Assembly: GCA_041686025.1 (NCBI GenBank)
Contig: JAWLEP010000048.1
Location: 1-17,874 of the forward strand
DNA length: 17,874 nucleotides
Direction: 5' to 3'
Source of the DNA: Candidatus Fermentibacteraceae bacterium
GTDB taxonomy: Bacteria > Fermentibacterota > Fermentibacteria > Fermentibacterales > JCC-6
Part shown: piece by piece, positions 15,546-17,874 of the stretch
Layout of the letters: each line of letters begins with the position of its first letter
Position numbering within the stretch: position 1 is the first letter of the stretch
Made by a program: the position numbers and the translations under genes
Notes under the pieces: generated by a model
Seen by the model: the letters and a program-made list of their open reading frames with translations, nothing else
Database searches by the model: none
What the model was told of the DNA's origin: nothing

Positions 15546-16049
15546 ATGAAGCCCCATTCGAGGATAGCGCTGGCGGGCCCGCCCTTCTCGGGCAAGACCG
15601 CCGTCGGGAGACGGCTGGCCCGCATGCTGGAACTGGAGCCGGTGGACCTGGACCGGGAGATCGAGGCCGGCGCCGGACGGTCCATACCGGAGATATTCCG
15701 GGACCGGGGCGAGGAGGGGTTCCGGAAGCTGGAGGCCGCCGCCCTGGACCGGGCGCTGCGGAGGGACGGGGTGGTGATCGCGCTGGGAGGAGGCGCACTC
15801 CTGGACCCCGATTGCCGGCGCCGGGTTCTCCGCCTCTGCACGGTCTTCACGCTGTGGGCGTCCGAGGAGGAGACGGTGTCGAGGTGGGAGCAGGGGGGCC
15901 GCCCGCTGGCGCCTACCCCGCAGGCCCTTCGCCTCCTTCTGCGGAAGAGGCGGCGGCACTACCTCTCCCTGCCCCGCAGGGTGGACACCACCGGCAGGAC
16001 GCCGGAGGAAGTCTGCGCCGAGATCGCCGGCATGGTCGGGGCGGGCTAG
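15546..16049 (+). CDS. aroK: Shikimate kinase
   Basis: Walker A GPPFSGKT, DLD, SIPEIF..RGEEGFRKLE, ALGGG, RPL, R..HY. Strong SD GGAGGTGA at 15531-15538. Confidence 0.92.
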   Translation: MKPHSRIALAGPPFSGKTAVGRRLARMLELEPVDLDREIEAGAGRSIPEIFRDRGEEGFRKLEAAALDRALRRDGVVIALGGGALLDPDCRRRVLRLCTVFTLWASEEETVSRWEQGGRPLAPTPQALRLLLRKRRRHYLSLPRRVDTTGRTPEEVCAEIAGMVGAG

Positions 16050-17056
16050 TCCTCCAGGAGGTCGGCCTCCGTGGTCTCCGTCAGCCCCGCCGCCGCTATG
16101 GTGTCCCGGGCGTGCCTCAGGCCCACGTAGAAGCGGTCGGTGTACAGCTCGTAGTCGTCCCTTAGCCTGGGGGGCGTCATGTTCACCGTGATCACGTTGG
16201 CCCCCGCCTCGAAGCAGCCCAGCTGGCCGCCGTCCTTCAGCCTCTCGAAGGTGCTGGTGGCAGGTATCAGCGGGGTGCGCAGGTAGAGCCTCATGGCCGC
16301 CACGAACCGCAGGCCCAGCTCAACGTCGCCGGGGGGATGGTGCTCCAGCGGGGTCCCGGCGGCGGGCATGAAGAGGGCCACGCTGGACATCTCCGGCTCC
16401 AGTCCCCCCATCAGGACCAGGTCCTCCACCAGGGTGTCCACCGTCTGGCCCGGAAGCCCCAGCAGGGCCCCGGAGCCGATGTGGAACCCGTGCCGGCGCA
16501 GCGTGTGCAGCCAGCGCATCCTGTCCCTCAGGGTCTGGTCCGGCTTCATCTCGGCGAACAGCTCCGGGTCCGCCGTCTCGTGCTTCAGGATGAACTTCCG
16601 GGCCCCGGCGCGGTACCATTTGTCCAGGTCCGACTCGTCGTGGATTCCCACGCACAGGAGCACGACCATGCCCATTCCGTGGATGCGACCGATCACGTCC
16701 TCCAGCCAGCCGGCGCTGTACTCCCCGCTCTCCGCCGCCTGCAGGAAGAAGGTCCTGATGCCGCTGTCCAGGGCCTTCCGGGCGGTCTGCACCACCTCGT
16801 CTGCGCTGAGGCGGAAGCGCTTCTTGGCCTCGTTCTCCACCCGCATTCCGCAGTAGAGGCAGCTGCAGCGGCAGCTGTTGGCGAACTCCACCACTCCCCT
16901 GATGAAGGCCCGGGGTCCGAAGACCCGGTCCCGGACCTCCCTGGCGGCCCGGTAGACGTGCCGGGCCTCCTCCTCGCTGCAGGTGAGGACGGCCCTGAGG
17001 TCATCCCTGTCGAATCCGCCCTCCAGCCGCTGCTCCAGCCAGGTTCCGTCGATCAT
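16046..17056 (-). CDS. HydE-like radical SAM enzyme (BioB/HydE/PylB subgroup), 336 aa
   Basis: RGVVEFANSCRCSCLYCGMR (CxxxCxxC), LKHETAD, GSGALLGLPGQT, GTPL, IPATS, GANVI, Y.LY. ATG at 17056 overlaps the aroE stop (ATGA). Confidence 0.85.
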   Translation of the reverse strand: MIDGTWLEQRLEGGFDRDDLRAVLTCSEEEARHVYRAAREVRDRVFGPRAFIRGVVEFANSCRCSCLYCGMRVENEAKKRFRLSADEVVQTARKALDSGIRTFFLQAAESGEYSAGWLEDVIGRIHGMGMVVLLCVGIHDESDLDKWYRAGARKFILKHETADPELFAEMKPDQTLRDRMRWLHTLRRHGFHIGSGALLGLPGQTVDTLVEDLVLMGGLEPEMSSVALFMPAAGTPLEHHPPGDVELGLRFVAAMRLYLRTPLIPATSTFERLKDGGQLGCFEAGANVITVNMTPPRLRDDYELYTDRFYVGLRHARDTIAAAGLTETTEADLLED

Positions 17057-17871
17057 GTGCCGCGGCTCCTCTCGCTCTCTTCGGTCTTCATGGCCTGTCT
17101 CACCCTTTTCATGGCCCCCCCGGCGTCGGGGGTCCGTCCCGTCCATACGCGGAAGGACTCCGCCGCCTGGTGGACCAGCATCACCTCTCCGGTCACCGTC
17201 CTGAGGGCCCATCGGGCCGCTCTGCTTCGCCACCTCCACCGGGGGGAGTAGTTCAGGTCCAGCAGCACCATGCCCTCCAGGGACCCGGGGGGCACGGGCA
17301 TCACGTCGGAGGGGTCCCTGCCCAGCGTAGTGGCGTTAACCAGCGTGCCCTCCCCACCCATATAGCCCTCCAGGCGGTCCAGGGGAAGAGCCCGGCCCGG
17401 GCCCCGGTACCCCCCGGACCGCCGGCAGAAGAGGGTCACCTCCCTGCCGGCATCCCCGCACCAGGCCGCCACGGCTGCGGCGGCGCCGCCGCAGCCGGCC
17501 ACCAGGAACGGCCCGGGGGCCTCCGCCTCCGCCGCCATGGCCCCGAATCCCGCAATGTCGGTGTTGTGGCCCTCCCAGCCGTCTGCCGTCCTCCGGAGGG
17601 TGTTCACCGCCCCGGCGCGGCGGGCGGTGTCGTCCAGGGCGGCGCAGGCGCGCAGGGCCCCCAGCTTGCAGGGAGAGGTGACGTTCAGGCCGTCGGCGCC
17701 GTGGATCCACAGGCGGCGCAGGGCCACTGCGGTACGGTCCGGATGCACCGGAATGGCCCGGTAGGAGCCGGGCAGGCCGAGGCAGCGCAGGAACTCCCGG
17801 TGAATAAGGGGCGAGAGGGAGTGGCCCACCGGCCATCCCACCAGGCCCAGACGCAGCCGCGGCCTATCCAT
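17053..17871 (-). CDS. aroE: Shikimate dehydrogenase
   Basis: GWPVGHSLSP, GLNVTSPCK, GAVNT, GHNTD, GCGGAA, VNATTLG, DLNY, MLVHQAAESFRVWTG. The start is at the window edge, so its upstream context cannot be seen. Confidence 0.93.
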   Translation of the reverse strand: MDRPRLRLGLVGWPVGHSLSPLIHREFLRCLGLPGSYRAIPVHPDRTAVALRRLWIHGADGLNVTSPCKLGALRACAALDDTARRAGAVNTLRRTADGWEGHNTDIAGFGAMAAEAEAPGPFLVAGCGGAAAAVAAWCGDAGREVTLFCRRSGGYRGPGRALPLDRLEGYMGGEGTLVNATTLGRDPSDVMPVPPGSLEGMVLLDLNYSPRWRWRSRAARWALRTVTGEVMLVHQAAESFRVWTGRTPDAGGAMKRVRQAMKTEESERSRGT

Positions 17872-17874
17872 GCC

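Noticed and set aside
16046..17056. Calling the radical SAM bioB, pylB or the missing amrS
   Set aside because: It lacks the BioB YNHNL motif and has no pyl genes nearby. Its motifs are HydE-like rather than PflA/AmrS-like, so no gene symbol was assigned.

Overview
A gene-dense, high-GC (roughly 70% by eye) bacterial chromosomal segment from a diderm organism (it encodes LolA and BamD). There is no sign of mobile elements, CRISPR arrays or RNA genes. A ~15.3-kb minus-strand gene run, mostly joined by overlapping stop/start codons, starts at 15351. In transcription order: HU/IHF-CBM48 fusion, ftsK, TPR+LytR_C lipoprotein, lolA, rimO, exported hypothetical protein, TPR lipoprotein, bamD, nadD, PilT-family ATPase, short NfeD, stomatin/SPFH, dapA, dapB, AmmeMemoRadiSam proteins B and A, coiled-coil lipoprotein, and a degenerate PP2C-like membrane protein. 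A strong terminator follows at 5-48. aroK is transcribed divergently on the plus strand and converges on an aroE + HydE-like radical SAM pair. The standout is the lead gene: a histone-like HU DNA-binding domain fused to an AMPK-beta-type glycogen-binding module and translationally coupled to ftsK. It is a candidate glycogen-nucleoid tether or sensor. Secondary signals are enrichment of Bacteroidetes-type O-glycosylation sequons in exported proteins, a probable PP2C pseudophosphatase, a divergent HydE paralogue, and an overlapping terminator/promoter. All family calls come from motif recognition by eye; no database searches were run.
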